IMG/VR virus record: IMGVR_UViG_2675903606_000015
Source: a virus
Taxonomy: Duplodnaviria > Heunggongvirae > Uroviricota > Caudoviricetes
DNA length: 6,148 nucleotides
Direction: 5' to 3' (one strand)
Below the pieces are notes generated by a model. The model did no database searches, was not told the origin of the DNA, and saw nothing but the letters and a program-made list of their open reading frames with translations. Of the stretch, positions 5,877-6,148 are shown one piece after another (position 1 is the first letter of the stretch; the number at the start of each line of letters is the position of its first letter). A program made the translations under genes and the position numbers.

Positions 5877-6148
5877 CGTAAAATATCCTCCACGCTTATC
5901 AGTCCGTTCCGCTCCAGATAACTCATCGCCTTATCCGGTAATTTGCAGTCTGGCTTCGCTTTCCTCAGTTGCCAGGTTAACTGCTTTACCAGCATGGTTA
6001 ACTCATCGACCAGACGCTGATATCCCACTGGTTTGTATTCATGCAATTTACCGGCTGGCTCTGCTGCCAGCGATACCAGTGCGATTTCCAGAACAGCAAT
6101 ATCCATCTTATATGTGCGGATGATGTCATGGTCGATTGTGCCCGGTAT
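5873..6148 (-). CDS. Partial ORF of unknown function (C-terminal 91 codons; N-terminus beyond the right edge)
   Basis: Minus-strand frame is open from 6148 with no stop; the track shows only the part from the internal Met at 6106. Protein-like composition (…YLERNGLISVEDILR), whereas the antisense ORF 5854..6123 is Pro/Ser/Leu-rich and shadow-like. Confidence 0.45.
   Translation of the reverse strand: MPGTIDHDIIRTYKMDIAVLEIALVSLAAEPAGKLHEYKPVGYQRLVDELTMLVKQLTWQLRKAKPDCKLPDKAMSYLERNGLISVEDILR

Noticed and set aside
5854-6123. 89-aa plus-strand ORF
   Set aside because: Antisense to the open minus-strand frame that is translationally coupled to the small ORF; Pro/Ser/Leu-rich, shadow-like composition.

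Overview
This window is a lambdoid-prophage late-regulatory (nin/Q-like) region of an Escherichia/Enterobacteriaceae-type genome, with the phage genes on the minus strand: hypothetical 108-aa gene -> DUF968 (YdfU-like) protein -> RusA Holliday-junction resolvase -> Q-like antiterminator -> tR'-like terminator -> start of a further gene at the left edge. The module is scrambled by two overlapping tandem duplications (1398-bp unit, junction 2121|2122; 1016-bp unit, junction 3892|3893). This gives three DUF968 copies, two intact rusA copies and an extra 47-codon Q fragment. Only the middle DUF968 copy is full length, and it carries a sharply bounded ~430-bp divergent mosaic patch. To the right, divergently transcribed, is a ParD (RHH) / ParE type II toxin-antitoxin pair with a palindromic candidate operator. 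It is followed by a hairpin terminator and a converging partial ORF that is translationally coupled (ATGA) to a 27-codon hydrophobic small ORF. No rRNA, tRNA, CRISPR array or transposase was seen. All protein-family calls are from reading the translations by eye; no searches were run.
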